Shown in pieces: positions 27,997 through 38,201 of a DNA stretch of 64,000 nucleotides. Made by a program: the position numbers and the translations under genes. Position 1 is the first letter of the stretch; the number at the start of each line of letters is the position of its first letter. This DNA comes from Rhodospirillales bacterium (GTDB taxonomy: Bacteria > Pseudomonadota > Alphaproteobacteria > Rhodospirillales > UBA2165). The stretch is taken from the NCBI GenBank assembly GCA_012960465.1, contig DUBF01000092.1, positions 19,995-83,994 on the forward strand, written 5' to 3'. Under the pieces are notes generated by a model that saw only the letters and a list, made by a program, of their open reading frames with translations, searched no databases and was not told where the DNA came from.

Positions 27997-28794
27997 TTGG
28001 TCAGAGGATTTGGATTGCCACGGTTTTCAGCAAATATTTCAATGATGTTCAAAGAATATGATTTTTTAGCACGCTTTAAAGTTGCGAAAGATTGTGGTTT
28101 CGGGGCCGTTGAAATACAATTTCCTTATGATTTTTTACCCCATGATCTTTTAGCTGTAAAAGAAAATACAGGTGTGGAGATTTCTGTTATTAATGTCGGC
28201 GTGGGTGATTTACTCAGTGGTGGTCCAGGCATAGCTGCAATTCCGGGACGTGAAGACCATTTCAAAGTGGCAGTTGAACAAGCGTGTCGTTATGCGGAAA
28301 TATTGCAGCCTCTTAATATGAACGTATTACCTGGCTGGCCACCGATGGATCAATTCGACCGTGGGCAGTGTCTGGATGTATTGGCTAATAATTTAAGATA
28401 TGCGGCCGACGGATTGTCTCAAACTGGCACGAAGGTGTTAGTTGAGGCCTGTAATACGTATGAACGTCCCGGTTTTTTAATTTATAACTCAGTACAAGCA
28501 ATCGATCTTATAAAGACAGTCAATCATAAAAATTTAGCATTTCAATATGATCTCTATCATATGCAGATTATGGAAGGTAACCTTGTTAATCGAATAAAAG
28601 AAATATTTGATCATATAGGGCATATCCAATTCGCCGATACACCAGGGCGTCATGAACCAGGCTCTGGCGAAATCAATTATCCTTATGTATTTGACGCTTT
28701 AGATACTATGGGCTGGGAAGGGTGGCTTGGAGCTGAATATATCCCCTCGCGGCCCACTATAGAAACGCTTGAGTGGCTGCGGTCTTATTTGTAA
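27997..28794 (+). CDS. Hydroxypyruvate isomerase-like TIM-barrel protein (xylose isomerase-like fold)
   Basis: LPRFSANISMMFKEYDFLARFKVAKDCGFGAVEIQFPYD matches the Hyi N-terminus. Non-ATG start; the exact start is uncertain. Confidence 0.8.
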   Translation: MVRGFGLPRFSANISMMFKEYDFLARFKVAKDCGFGAVEIQFPYDFLPHDLLAVKENTGVEISVINVGVGDLLSGGPGIAAIPGREDHFKVAVEQACRYAEILQPLNMNVLPGWPPMDQFDRGQCLDVLANNLRYAADGLSQTGTKVLVEACNTYERPGFLIYNSVQAIDLIKTVNHKNLAFQYDLYHMQIMEGNLVNRIKEIFDHIGHIQFADTPGRHEPGSGEINYPYVFDALDTMGWEGWLGAEYIPSRPTIETLEWLRSYL

Positions 28795-28874
28795 GGTTTC
28801 TTTAATTTCCAAATCAGCTCGGGATGTACGGATCATTTATAATATAGAATTTAAAATAAAAAGGGTGAGAAGAA

Positions 28875-29858
28875 GTGAATGATGACAATCAAGATCTAAT
28901 AGACCACTGCCTTACTGATGCCGAGTTCTCAGAGTTGCCAAATTTCTATAAGGGTAAAGTGAGAGATGCCTATGGTTTACCTGGGGGGCGTAGGTTGCTG
29001 ATCTCTACAGACCGCCAGTCAGCGTTTGATCAAGTGTTGGCAGCCGTACCCTACAAAGGGCAGGTTCTCAACCAGACGGCAAGATATTGGTTTGACGTAA
29101 CATCTGATATTTGCCCAAATCATGTTATTAATTATCCGGACCCTAATATCGCTATGGTCAAAGACCTTGAAATGCTTCCGATTGAAATGGTAGTCCGAGA
29201 TTATATGACGGGTTCGACAGAAACAAGTATTTGGCCAATGTACCAACGAGGAGAAAGAACACTTTATGGGCACAACTTTCCTGAGGGATTCGTTAAAAGT
29301 CAGAAACTGCCATATACAATTATCACGCCGACAACTAAAGCTGAGCAGGGTGATCATGATGCCCCTATAACAGAAGATGAGATCCTACGGACCCAGTTGC
29401 TAACGACTGAGCAATGGACCGAATTATCAGAAAAGAGCCTAGCATTGTTTAGTCGTGGGCGTGATTTAGCGGCTAAGAATGGTTTGATTTTGGTGGATAC
29501 AAAATACGAGTTTGGTCTTGATGAAAATGGTACAATAGTGGTAGCAGACGAAATTCACACACCAGATTCCAGCCGTTTCTGGATCTCTGAGAGTTACCAG
29601 GAACGTATAAATAGTGGCAAGGAACCAGAGAGCCTCGATAAAGAGTTTCTTCGTCTCTGGATTGCCGCTCAATGTGATCCATACAAGGATCCTATGCCTA
29701 AAATCCCAACGGAAACACTACTCCAGTTTAGTGAAAAGTACATCAAACTTTATGAATTAGTAACAGGACAGTCGTTTGAAAAACCGACTTTATCGGTAAC
29801 AGTTCGCGATCGAATTAAATCTGTTTTGGTTGCCGAACTTCCAGAATATTTTTTGTAA
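28875..29858 (+). CDS. purC: Phosphoribosylaminoimidazole-succinocarboxamide (SAICAR) synthase, long form
   Basis: FYKGKVRDAY...LLISTDRQSAFD...LVDTKYEFG motifs. GTG start with GGGTGAGAAG upstream. Confidence 0.9.
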   Translation: MNDDNQDLIDHCLTDAEFSELPNFYKGKVRDAYGLPGGRRLLISTDRQSAFDQVLAAVPYKGQVLNQTARYWFDVTSDICPNHVINYPDPNIAMVKDLEMLPIEMVVRDYMTGSTETSIWPMYQRGERTLYGHNFPEGFVKSQKLPYTIITPTTKAEQGDHDAPITEDEILRTQLLTTEQWTELSEKSLALFSRGRDLAAKNGLILVDTKYEFGLDENGTIVVADEIHTPDSSRFWISESYQERINSGKEPESLDKEFLRLWIAAQCDPYKDPMPKIPTETLLQFSEKYIKLYELVTGQSFEKPTLSVTVRDRIKSVLVAELPEYFL

Positions 29859-29967
29859 AGACATCATTTGATTGGTGGGTGTTGAATCAACTTTTGTCTG
29901 TTAAGTATAAAAGGTTCACCTTAACTATAATTTCTGGCCAGCCTCATTTAATAATTAAACGTATTTT

Positions 29968-31851
29968 CTATTTAGAACACCAACTTTGCCACATATCGCG
30001 ATAGGCATTTTCGATACTTTGAGCATAAGGTTTTCCCCGGCAAAGGAGAGAGGCACTTAACCTTTCTCGCAATGTACACCTTAAATCTTCTAATATCTTG
30101 AGGTTGGAAGTTAAATCTTTGGCTATATCAATATAATTCTTACGGGTGCGAGCAACGAATTTATCTAACTCAACGGCGGTCAGGAGTGAAGCTGCGACAC
30201 GGTCAATAAAATATTGACCTTCAAGCGTAATAACGGGTACGCCCATTGCCAATGCTTCAAATGTCGTTGTCGCCCCGTTGAATGGGAATGGGTCTAAAGC
30301 AATATCTATATGTTGATATTGTTTCAGGTGTTTTTCTCGGGTTTTGCTTATGCCATTGAAAATCAAACGATCTTCAGTAATACCAAAATGGGCAAATTTA
30401 TTTTGCCAATGCCTAACTAATATTTCGTCGTTAAAGTAGCCGCCATATTTTAAAAAAAGCTTTGAATGCGGTATTGACGCCAGAACATCTGACCAAAGCG
30501 CTATAACGTGATCATTGATTTTTTGAGGTTTGTTAAAACAGCCAAAGGTTATAAAACCATTTTGTGTGGCTGGTAATTCCGAAACAGGTGGAAAGTCGTC
30601 AGGTGGATTATACTGGTAAAAAACTGGCAATCTATATAGTTTTTCGGTGAATAATTCCTCTGTATTTTCAGGATGGAGGAAGTCATCTGTTAACCAAAAG
30701 TCCATTTCATTTAAACCAGAAGTAGCACAATCGTGGAAGCTCACTTGAATGGGTGCCACACGAAAGGCCGTAACGGTTGGCTGGTTTAAATTAAAGCGGC
30801 CGGCTAGACTGATTAGAATATCAATCTCATCTTCTTCGATTTTTTTCGCGACTTGTTCGTCAGTTTGATTGCTGGTTATGTGCCAGTGGTCGGCATGAGA
30901 TCTGAATTTTTGACTAATCTTATCAAGTTTTTCATCTAAAATATAAGTAAAAATTTCAACTTTTTCTTTGTCGTGATTGCTAAATAGAGGTAGTAGATTG
31001 AACCCGACGGGATGGGAATAAAGATCTGAAGACAAGTACCCAATGCGAAGCTTCCGGTTAATGTCTTTGTTGCGTTTTGCAAATTTACTATTATTTATAC
31101 TACGTTTATCATACGCCATACCGTAACGGCGACGGATGTCAAATAAGTTGTTGGATGTTTGGTTTGGAAGGTTCAGCGTATTGATGAGAAGATTGCGCTC
31201 CGCTCTTTTGCAATGAGTATCAACTTTTAGAGCTTCTTTATAAGTTTGATTAGCTGATTCTATAAGGCCGATCGTTTGCTCTACTATGCCTAAATTAGTA
31301 AGTAGGTGACTATCATTTGGGCGCAAGAGAACGGTGCGGCGAAATACAGACATTGCATCCGTTAGTTTGCCAGATTTTAATAGAGCGTTGCCTAGATTGC
31401 TGAGGGCCTCAACATTATCCGGATCAATTTCCAAGGCGAGGTTTGATTGTTTGATTGCTTCTGTAAAATGTCCGCCTATCACGAGCGCATTTCCGAGATT
31501 GATTAAGTATGAGTAATTTTTAGGTGAAATAGAGAGTGCCACTCTGAAAGCGTTAATGGCATCCTCTGCAAGATTTTGATCTAACTTAATAATGCCAAGA
31601 TCAAAATGGGCTTCAACATTTTCTGGCTGTGCTTTGATGGCCTGCAAGATCAGGTTCATGCCTTGTTCTGAATTGCCAGTTTGGTGTACTAGAAGGCCAA
31701 GCAATCTTAAAACTTCACTGTGTTCTGGATTGTCTTGAAGAACTTTACGATAAATTGTTTTAGCCTTAGCAAGGTTGCCAGAACGTTGCAGGTTTTCTGC
31801 TTCCAAGATCTCGCCGGATTTTAAATCTTGTTTGCCCATGAGGCATACCAT
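29968..31851 (-). CDS. TPR-repeat protein fused to a GT41 (SPINDLY/OGT-like) glycosyltransferase domain
   Basis: About 200 aa of 34-residue TPR-like repeats (AEDAINAFRVALSISPKN..., EAIKQSNLALEIDPDN...). The C-terminal half carries GYLSSDLYSHPVG and FGCFNKPQKI motifs typical of bacterial OGT-like proteins. Confidence 0.75.
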   Translation of the reverse strand: MVCLMGKQDLKSGEILEAENLQRSGNLAKAKTIYRKVLQDNPEHSEVLRLLGLLVHQTGNSEQGMNLILQAIKAQPENVEAHFDLGIIKLDQNLAEDAINAFRVALSISPKNYSYLINLGNALVIGGHFTEAIKQSNLALEIDPDNVEALSNLGNALLKSGKLTDAMSVFRRTVLLRPNDSHLLTNLGIVEQTIGLIESANQTYKEALKVDTHCKRAERNLLINTLNLPNQTSNNLFDIRRRYGMAYDKRSINNSKFAKRNKDINRKLRIGYLSSDLYSHPVGFNLLPLFSNHDKEKVEIFTYILDEKLDKISQKFRSHADHWHITSNQTDEQVAKKIEEDEIDILISLAGRFNLNQPTVTAFRVAPIQVSFHDCATSGLNEMDFWLTDDFLHPENTEELFTEKLYRLPVFYQYNPPDDFPPVSELPATQNGFITFGCFNKPQKINDHVIALWSDVLASIPHSKLFLKYGGYFNDEILVRHWQNKFAHFGITEDRLIFNGISKTREKHLKQYQHIDIALDPFPFNGATTTFEALAMGVPVITLEGQYFIDRVAASLLTAVELDKFVARTRKNYIDIAKDLTSNLKILEDLRCTLRERLSASLLCRGKPYAQSIENAYRDMWQSWCSK

Positions 31852-32054
31852 CCTATAGCTATGGATACTTTAATGTAGTGGCTGAAAAGCCTTTTTCTAA
31901 ACGTTTTTTATTATTGTGGAGGATTTGTGTTAATGAGCAGTAAAAAGAGGTTAATGAAGGTTTAGGCCTGATAAAATATCTCAGGATCGTTCCTATAAAT
32001 TGGTCAAAATATAGATTATTATAAATTTGTGGGCGGGTCTACTTAATCCAGTAT

Positions 32055-33611
32055 TTAGCTATTTCCGTCATTTTTGTATTGCTTTAAGCGTCTTTTATCA
32101 ATTTTACCTACGGGGGTTTTTGGTAGGTCATGAGCAAATTCGAAAATCAAGGGTATTTTATACTTTACGAGGTTTTTGGCGCAGTACCTTGTTAATTCTT
32201 TTTCTGACAAAGTTTCGCCTTTGCGAAGAGAAATAAATGCTTTTATTATTTCACCTCGGTAATCATCAGGAATACCAATAGTAGCGGCTTCTAGTATTTT
32301 GGGATGCGAGATTAAAACTTCATCAATTTCACGAGGGAATACGTTAAAACCTGAGACAATAGCCATATCTTTTAGACGGTCGACAATAAACACGTAGCCA
32401 TCTTCATCCAAAAAGGCTACATCCCCAGTATGTAACCAACCATTTTTAAATGTCGCTGAAGTTGCTTCCTCATTATTGTAATATTTGTCTGCAATATGCG
32501 GACCTTTAACGGTAATCTCGCCACTCTTCCCGATCGGCATTTCTTTCATTCCTGTCTCGACATCGACAATTCTAAAATCCGTGCAGGCAACAGGCATGCC
32601 TGCCGAATATGATTTCCGACGACCAATTAAAGGGTTGTTACAGGTTGGAGCTCCCTCAGTCATGCCGTATCCCTCTAGGGCAGGGACGCCCGTTCGGTCT
32701 TCCCATTCAGTCTTAATTTTATCGGCTAATGGGGCTCCGCCACTACCTGCAAACTTAACAGAGGAGAAATTTACGGTATTAAAGCCGGGGTGACCCAGTA
32801 AGGCTGCATAAGCCGTTGGTACACCGATAATAATTACTGAAACTAATTGATTATTGATCGCCTCGAAAACAGTCTCCGGATGAAACTTCGTCAATAATAT
32901 TAGAGTGTTATAACCAAATATAGGTTGGAAGCAGCCGTGATATAATCCCGTTATATGAAAAATGGGAGGAATATTGAGTAAAACGTCAGTGCCTAAGTTT
33001 GTTGGCCAACGATTTTCAATAAGCTCTATAGCAGCAATTACTTTGAAATGGTTATGTGGTACGCCTTTGGAGGTGCCAGTTGTTCCACCAGTAAATAATA
33101 TTACTGCGCCGTCTTCGCCTTTAGGTAGATCCGTCGGTAGGGTCGTGCTATCAGTATCCTGCCAGGTATTTTTAGGTCCATTGATATTTATAATCATAGA
33201 TTTATCTACGGATTTGATATTTCTAAAAGTTTCAAGCGAGTTACTATCACAGAAAATCAGATTAGGTTCTGCTATCTCAATTAGTGGGGTGATTTCACGC
33301 TCTCTATAGTTCGGGTTGATCATTGTAATTTGTGCACGGGCTGCTAGTACACCAAAAATAATCATTGGTAAGTTGATTGACACACTCGCGCAAATGACAA
33401 TTCGATTATCTTTTTTGATTCCTCTGGTTTTAAGAAATCCCGCGACATGGGCGGCAACATGACCATATTCTCGAAAGGTCGCTTGATCTTTACCACATGT
33501 CAGCGCAATCTTGTCTGGTTGGTTTTCGATGGCGTATTTGAAAGCATGGACGATTGTTTCAAAGTCTTGGCGTGTTTGGCCATCAGTTCGTTCAGGTAGG
33601 CCTTTTAACAA
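32055..33611 (-). CDS. AMP-dependent acyl-CoA synthetase
   Basis: FTGGTTGTSKG, GWLHTGDVA and PKTPVGKIDK motifs. 518 aa. Confidence 0.9.
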   Translation of the reverse strand: MLKGLPERTDGQTRQDFETIVHAFKYAIENQPDKIALTCGKDQATFREYGHVAAHVAGFLKTRGIKKDNRIVICASVSINLPMIIFGVLAARAQITMINPNYREREITPLIEIAEPNLIFCDSNSLETFRNIKSVDKSMIININGPKNTWQDTDSTTLPTDLPKGEDGAVILFTGGTTGTSKGVPHNHFKVIAAIELIENRWPTNLGTDVLLNIPPIFHITGLYHGCFQPIFGYNTLILLTKFHPETVFEAINNQLVSVIIIGVPTAYAALLGHPGFNTVNFSSVKFAGSGGAPLADKIKTEWEDRTGVPALEGYGMTEGAPTCNNPLIGRRKSYSAGMPVACTDFRIVDVETGMKEMPIGKSGEITVKGPHIADKYYNNEEATSATFKNGWLHTGDVAFLDEDGYVFIVDRLKDMAIVSGFNVFPREIDEVLISHPKILEAATIGIPDDYRGEIIKAFISLRKGETLSEKELTRYCAKNLVKYKIPLIFEFAHDLPKTPVGKIDKRRLKQYKNDGNS

Positions 33612-33717
33612 TTAGTTTCTCCTATTTTTTCAAATTAGTAGTAGATCAATAAAATTACACGTTTCTTTCTGTCTTGCATATTATTATCCGAATTAAATAT
33701 CGGTAGGAGAAAATACG

Positions 33718-34632
33718 GTGAACCCAGAATTAGGATCTAGTCAAAATTTAAAGGGGATTGGCTTGATGGTCATTGGTATGGTTGGCTTTGCTGGTACCGA
33801 TGCATCGGGCAAGTGGCTAATGACAAATGACTATTCGGCGTTTCAAGTGATAGCGGTTAGAGGTTGGATGATTGTAGTTTTAATGACGACCTGGATTATC
33901 TTAACTAAACGTACCTCAGAAATTAGAACGTCTCGTCTTGGGGCCCATGGCTTGAGGGTGTTACTTGCTTTTTTTGGACCAATTTTGATGTTTACTGCTC
34001 TGGCTGAGTTGCCTTTAGCGGATGTTACTGTCATTGTTTTTGGTTCAACGTTTTTGACCACTGCGCTATCTGTTCCTCTTTTTAGGGAAAAAGTTGGTGC
34101 GCATAGGTGGTCCGCCGTTATTCTTGGATTTATAGGCGTGCTGATTGCTCTTCGTCCTGGGACAGGGGTTTTTCAACCGGTGGCAATTTTGGCTTTGCTA
34201 GCTGGCGTAGCATTCTCAACTATTAATTTGACGGCACGTTGGCTCAAAAATAGTGAAACGACGCTTAGTCTTACCTTTTATACTCTAGTTGGCATGGCTG
34301 CATTAGCGAGCTTCGCTGCTCCGTTTGTGTGGCAGCCAATTTCATGGCTAGATTTGATAATATTTGGTGTTATGGCAGTTTTTACTATTATTGGTTATCT
34401 TGGAATGACGGGAGCATTTGTAACCGCCCCTGTGGGCGTAGTGGCTCCATTTGAATATACTGTAATGTTGTTTGCTATTGTTTCGGGTTATTTAATTTGG
34501 GGAGATGTGCCGGATAGTTACGTTTGGACTGGTGCCGCTATAATTCTGATGAGTGGAATTTATCTAATTCAGCGCGAGGCTCGCGCCCATCGGCTTGCTG
34601 TCAACAATAATAATCGCTTTAATACGGATTAA
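33718..34632 (+). CDS. DMT-superfamily (EamA-like) transporter
   Basis: 304 aa with about 10 predicted TM helices in two EamA-like halves. Confidence 0.85.
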   Translation: MNPELGSSQNLKGIGLMVIGMVGFAGTDASGKWLMTNDYSAFQVIAVRGWMIVVLMTTWIILTKRTSEIRTSRLGAHGLRVLLAFFGPILMFTALAELPLADVTVIVFGSTFLTTALSVPLFREKVGAHRWSAVILGFIGVLIALRPGTGVFQPVAILALLAGVAFSTINLTARWLKNSETTLSLTFYTLVGMAALASFAAPFVWQPISWLDLIIFGVMAVFTIIGYLGMTGAFVTAPVGVVAPFEYTVMLFAIVSGYLIWGDVPDSYVWTGAAIILMSGIYLIQREARAHRLAVNNNNRFNTD

Positions 34633-34650
34633 AGAAAATATGGGAGTATA

Positions 34651-37600
34651 TTGGTGGACGGCAATAGTCCTCTATCGTTAGATACAAAATATAGCGTAAA
34701 CTCAGGACGAATTTTTGTGACCGGCACGCAGGCTTTAGTCCGTTTGCCGATGCTACAACGTCACCGTGATTCGCTAAATTCACTTAATACAGCTGGTTAT
34801 ATTACGGGTTATCGTGGATCGCCTGTAGGCGGTTATGATACAGCACTTTTAAAGGCTTCCGATTTTCTAGAACAGCATCACATTCGGTTCCAGGCAGGTG
34901 TTAATGAAGATATGGCGGCTACCGCCTGCTGGGGGACCCAGCAGGTAGGCCTTTGGGAGTCAAAGAATGAGCAGGCGAAATATGATGGCGTATTTGCGAT
35001 TTGGTATGGCAAAGGGCCTGGTGTTGACCGTTCAGGAGATGCCCTCAAACATGGAAATCTAGCCGGCACGTCCGCTAATGGAGGTGTATTGGTATTGGCG
35101 GGTGATGATCAAGGAGCAAAGTCATCCACAACTGCGCATCAATCCGAACAGGCATTAATTGCGGCAATGATACCCATCCTTTATCCAGCGAGTGTTCAGG
35201 AATATATTGACTATGGTTTGATGGGTTTTGCAATGTCTCGCTACTCTGGTTGTTGGACCGGGTTTAAATGTGTTGGTGATATAATTGAGAGTACGGCGTC
35301 GGTTTCAATCGAGCAAGATAGACTGAATATAAAAACCCCAAGCGATTTTAAATTTCCTGAAGAGGGTATACATATTCGCTGGCCGGATGGTCCGATCGAG
35401 CAGGAAAAGCGTTTAATATCGGTCAAGCTTAAAGCAGCTCAGGCTTTTGTGCAGACGAACAAGCTAGATCGCATAAGCCATACAGTGTCTAAAAAACGTC
35501 TTGGTATTGTTGCCCCTGGAAAAGCTTGGCTTAATGTTTGTCAGGCCTTTGATGAATTAGACTTAAGTCAAAGTGAGCGTAAAGATTTAGGTATTGGTGT
35601 TTTTAAAGTTGCAATGCCGTGGCCGTTAGAGCCAACCAGAATTCGTGATTGGGCTAAAGACTTTGACGAGATTATTGTTATTGAAGAAAAGCGTAACCTC
35701 ATTGAAGATCAGCTGGCGCGTGTGATTTATGATCTGCAAGAAAATGAGCGTCCGCGTCTTATCGGGAAACGTGATGCTGATGGTAATCTTCTTGTACCAG
35801 AATTCGGTGAGCTTAATGGTACACTGGTTGCTCAGATAATTGCTAATAGATTTTTGGACGAAGGTAGCAATAATTGTTTAGTTACGGCTGCTGCTAAAAT
35901 TAAAGCTCGCACAGAGAATACAAACCGTCCCACCGCTCCATTTGAGCGTTCACCATGGTTTTGTGCAGGTTGCCCTCACAACTCCTCGACAAAAGTCCCC
36001 GAAGGCAGTCGAGCATTAGCCGGTATTGGTTGCCATACTATGGCAGTTTACATGGATCGGAAAACAGCGGCCTATACTCATATGGGCGGCGAGGGGGGCA
36101 CTTGGATTGGACAGGCACCCTTCACAACAGCAAAACATGTGTTTCAAAATATTGGTGATGGCACCTATTATCATTCGGGGTTGATGGCTATTCGGGCAGC
36201 AGTTTCATCCGGTGTTAATATTACGTATAAAATTTTATTTAACGATGCAGTCGCTCTTACTGGCGGCCAACCGATGGACGGTGATTTATTTCCGTGGACT
36301 ATCTCGAAGCAAATCGCTGCTGAAGGTGTTGGCCGTATCGTGGTTATCTCAGATGAACCTGAGAAGTATAGTGATAATCTGGATTGGGCACCACAAGTAG
36401 AAATTTTTCATCGCCGAGAGCTTGAGAGACTTCAAATAGAATTGAGAGAAATTTCTGGTGTCACGGCTATTATTTATGATCAAACCTGCGCTGCGGAAAA
36501 ACGTAGACGCCGTAAACGCGGTCTGTATCCAGATCCAGCTCGCCGGGCTTTTATTAATGATGCGGTGTGCGAAGGTTGCGGTGATTGTAATATGACTTCT
36601 AACTGCGTTGCTGTTAGGCCATTGGATACACCTCTTGGACGTAAGCGTATGATTGACCAGTCTTCATGTAATAAAGATTTTAGTTGCATAGAGGGATTTT
36701 GTCCTAGTTTTGTAACTATTGAGGGGGGCTCCCTGCGTAAGTCGGAACCACCTGTTATTGGCGCTGGCGACCCAGCTTCAGAACTTCCAGACCCAGAGTT
36801 ACCTGAAATTGGCGAAGCATATAATATTTTATTGACTGGTATCGGTGGGACAGGTGTTATTACGGTTGGTGCCAACCTTGGAATGGCAGCTCATCTGGAA
36901 GGCAAGGGTTGTGCCGTATTAGATCAAACTGGCCTATCGCAAAAAAATGGAGCTGTCATGAGTCATGTGGCTATTACTAATGATCCAGACAGGGTCCTCG
37001 GAACTCGGATTGGCACGGGAATGAGCGATGTTATTATCGGGTTTGATATGGTTGTTGCGGCGGGAAAAGATGCGATTAATACTATGAGCGCAACCAGAAC
37101 TAAAGCGGTTATTAACGATCATCTCGTTCCATTAGCTGCCTTTGCCGAGCGTCCGGATATGCCGTTAGAGGCTGGTTCGTATACTAATGTCATAACGACA
37201 GCTTTAGGAGATGGCCAAGTTGATTTTTTTGATGCTACGACGCAGGTCTCAAAGTTGTTGGGCGATAACATAACCTCAAACACATTTCAACTCGGTTATG
37301 CTTATCAAAAGGGTTACATACCGTTAAAAGCGGCATCGCTCGAAGAGGCGATCCGTCTCAACAATGTCGCGGTAGAAATGAACTTGCGTGCATTTGCCTG
37401 GGGACGCGTAGCTGCAGCAGAACCAGCCAAGTTAAATGCTCTAGTTGGATCTTCTAATACAGTTACAGTATCTGATTTTAATCTCGATAAATTTATTCAA
37501 GACCGGATGGCTGATTTAACAATTTATCAAAATGAGGTCTATGCGGAGCGTTACCTTGTTTTTATCGATAAAATCCGGGAAGTCCTAGAACAAAATAATT

Positions 37601-38139
37601 TTAATAAGGATAGCCTGGTAGAAGTTGTTGCTCGCTCACTTTTTAAACTTATGGCCTATAAGGATGAATATGAAGTCGCACGAGCTTATACAGACGATAG
37701 TTATCGTCTTAAGCTTGAAGCCCAATTTGATGGTGATTATAAAATAAAGTTTTATTTTGCGCCGCCACTCTTTGCGACGCGAGATCCGTTAACGGGTCAA
37801 CCTCTAAAGAAGGAATACGGTTCTTCCATGTGGTGGTTATTGAAAATACTCGCTCCTTTAAAAGTTCTACGGGGCTCTATGTTTGATCCGTTTGGTTACT
37901 TACCGGAACGTAAACAAGAACGACAGTTAATCTTGGATTATCAATCGTTGTTGAGTGAGATTATTAATAATTTAACGCCAGAAAATTACGAGTGGGCCGT
38001 TCAACTTGCTTCGTTGCCTATGCAAATACGTGGATTTGGTCACGTTAAGGAACGTGCTATCAGGGCGTTTCAAATTGAAGAGAAAAGTGTTTTAAAGAAA
38101 TTTAGGGCCCAAACGAATTCTCAACAGGCTACTGAGTAA
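34651..38139 (+). CDS. Indolepyruvate/arylpyruvate:ferredoxin oxidoreductase family protein, fused alpha-beta type
   Basis: 1162 aa. N-terminal TPP/pyrimidine-binding region, a Cys cluster AGCPHNSS...GIGCH, CEGCGDCNMTSNC, and a C-terminal IorB-like domain. The start is TTG 34651 or GTG 34654. Confidence 0.9.
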   Translation: MVDGNSPLSLDTKYSVNSGRIFVTGTQALVRLPMLQRHRDSLNSLNTAGYITGYRGSPVGGYDTALLKASDFLEQHHIRFQAGVNEDMAATACWGTQQVGLWESKNEQAKYDGVFAIWYGKGPGVDRSGDALKHGNLAGTSANGGVLVLAGDDQGAKSSTTAHQSEQALIAAMIPILYPASVQEYIDYGLMGFAMSRYSGCWTGFKCVGDIIESTASVSIEQDRLNIKTPSDFKFPEEGIHIRWPDGPIEQEKRLISVKLKAAQAFVQTNKLDRISHTVSKKRLGIVAPGKAWLNVCQAFDELDLSQSERKDLGIGVFKVAMPWPLEPTRIRDWAKDFDEIIVIEEKRNLIEDQLARVIYDLQENERPRLIGKRDADGNLLVPEFGELNGTLVAQIIANRFLDEGSNNCLVTAAAKIKARTENTNRPTAPFERSPWFCAGCPHNSSTKVPEGSRALAGIGCHTMAVYMDRKTAAYTHMGGEGGTWIGQAPFTTAKHVFQNIGDGTYYHSGLMAIRAAVSSGVNITYKILFNDAVALTGGQPMDGDLFPWTISKQIAAEGVGRIVVISDEPEKYSDNLDWAPQVEIFHRRELERLQIELREISGVTAIIYDQTCAAEKRRRRKRGLYPDPARRAFINDAVCEGCGDCNMTSNCVAVRPLDTPLGRKRMIDQSSCNKDFSCIEGFCPSFVTIEGGSLRKSEPPVIGAGDPASELPDPELPEIGEAYNILLTGIGGTGVITVGANLGMAAHLEGKGCAVLDQTGLSQKNGAVMSHVAITNDPDRVLGTRIGTGMSDVIIGFDMVVAAGKDAINTMSATRTKAVINDHLVPLAAFAERPDMPLEAGSYTNVITTALGDGQVDFFDATTQVSKLLGDNITSNTFQLGYAYQKGYIPLKAASLEEAIRLNNVAVEMNLRAFAWGRVAAAEPAKLNALVGSSNTVTVSDFNLDKFIQDRMADLTIYQNEVYAERYLVFIDKIREVLEQNNFNKDSLVEVVARSLFKLMAYKDEYEVARAYTDDSYRLKLEAQFDGDYKIKFYFAPPLFATRDPLTGQPLKKEYGSSMWWLLKILAPLKVLRGSMFDPFGYLPERKQERQLILDYQSLLSEIINNLTPENYEWAVQLASLPMQIRGFGHVKERAIRAFQIEEKSVLKKFRAQTNSQQATE

Positions 38140-38201
38140 AATCAATTTGTCACCGTTTAGCTTTTCTCGTCAAGGCAGAACTAGTCGCGAAGACTGAAAA
38201 T

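Noticed and set aside
36480-36875. 131-aa antisense ORF inside the IOR gene. The same applies to the 140-aa ORF at 38365-38787 opposite the hydrolase gene.
   Set aside because: These are shadow frames of well-supported genes. They have no SD or start context and no family resemblance.
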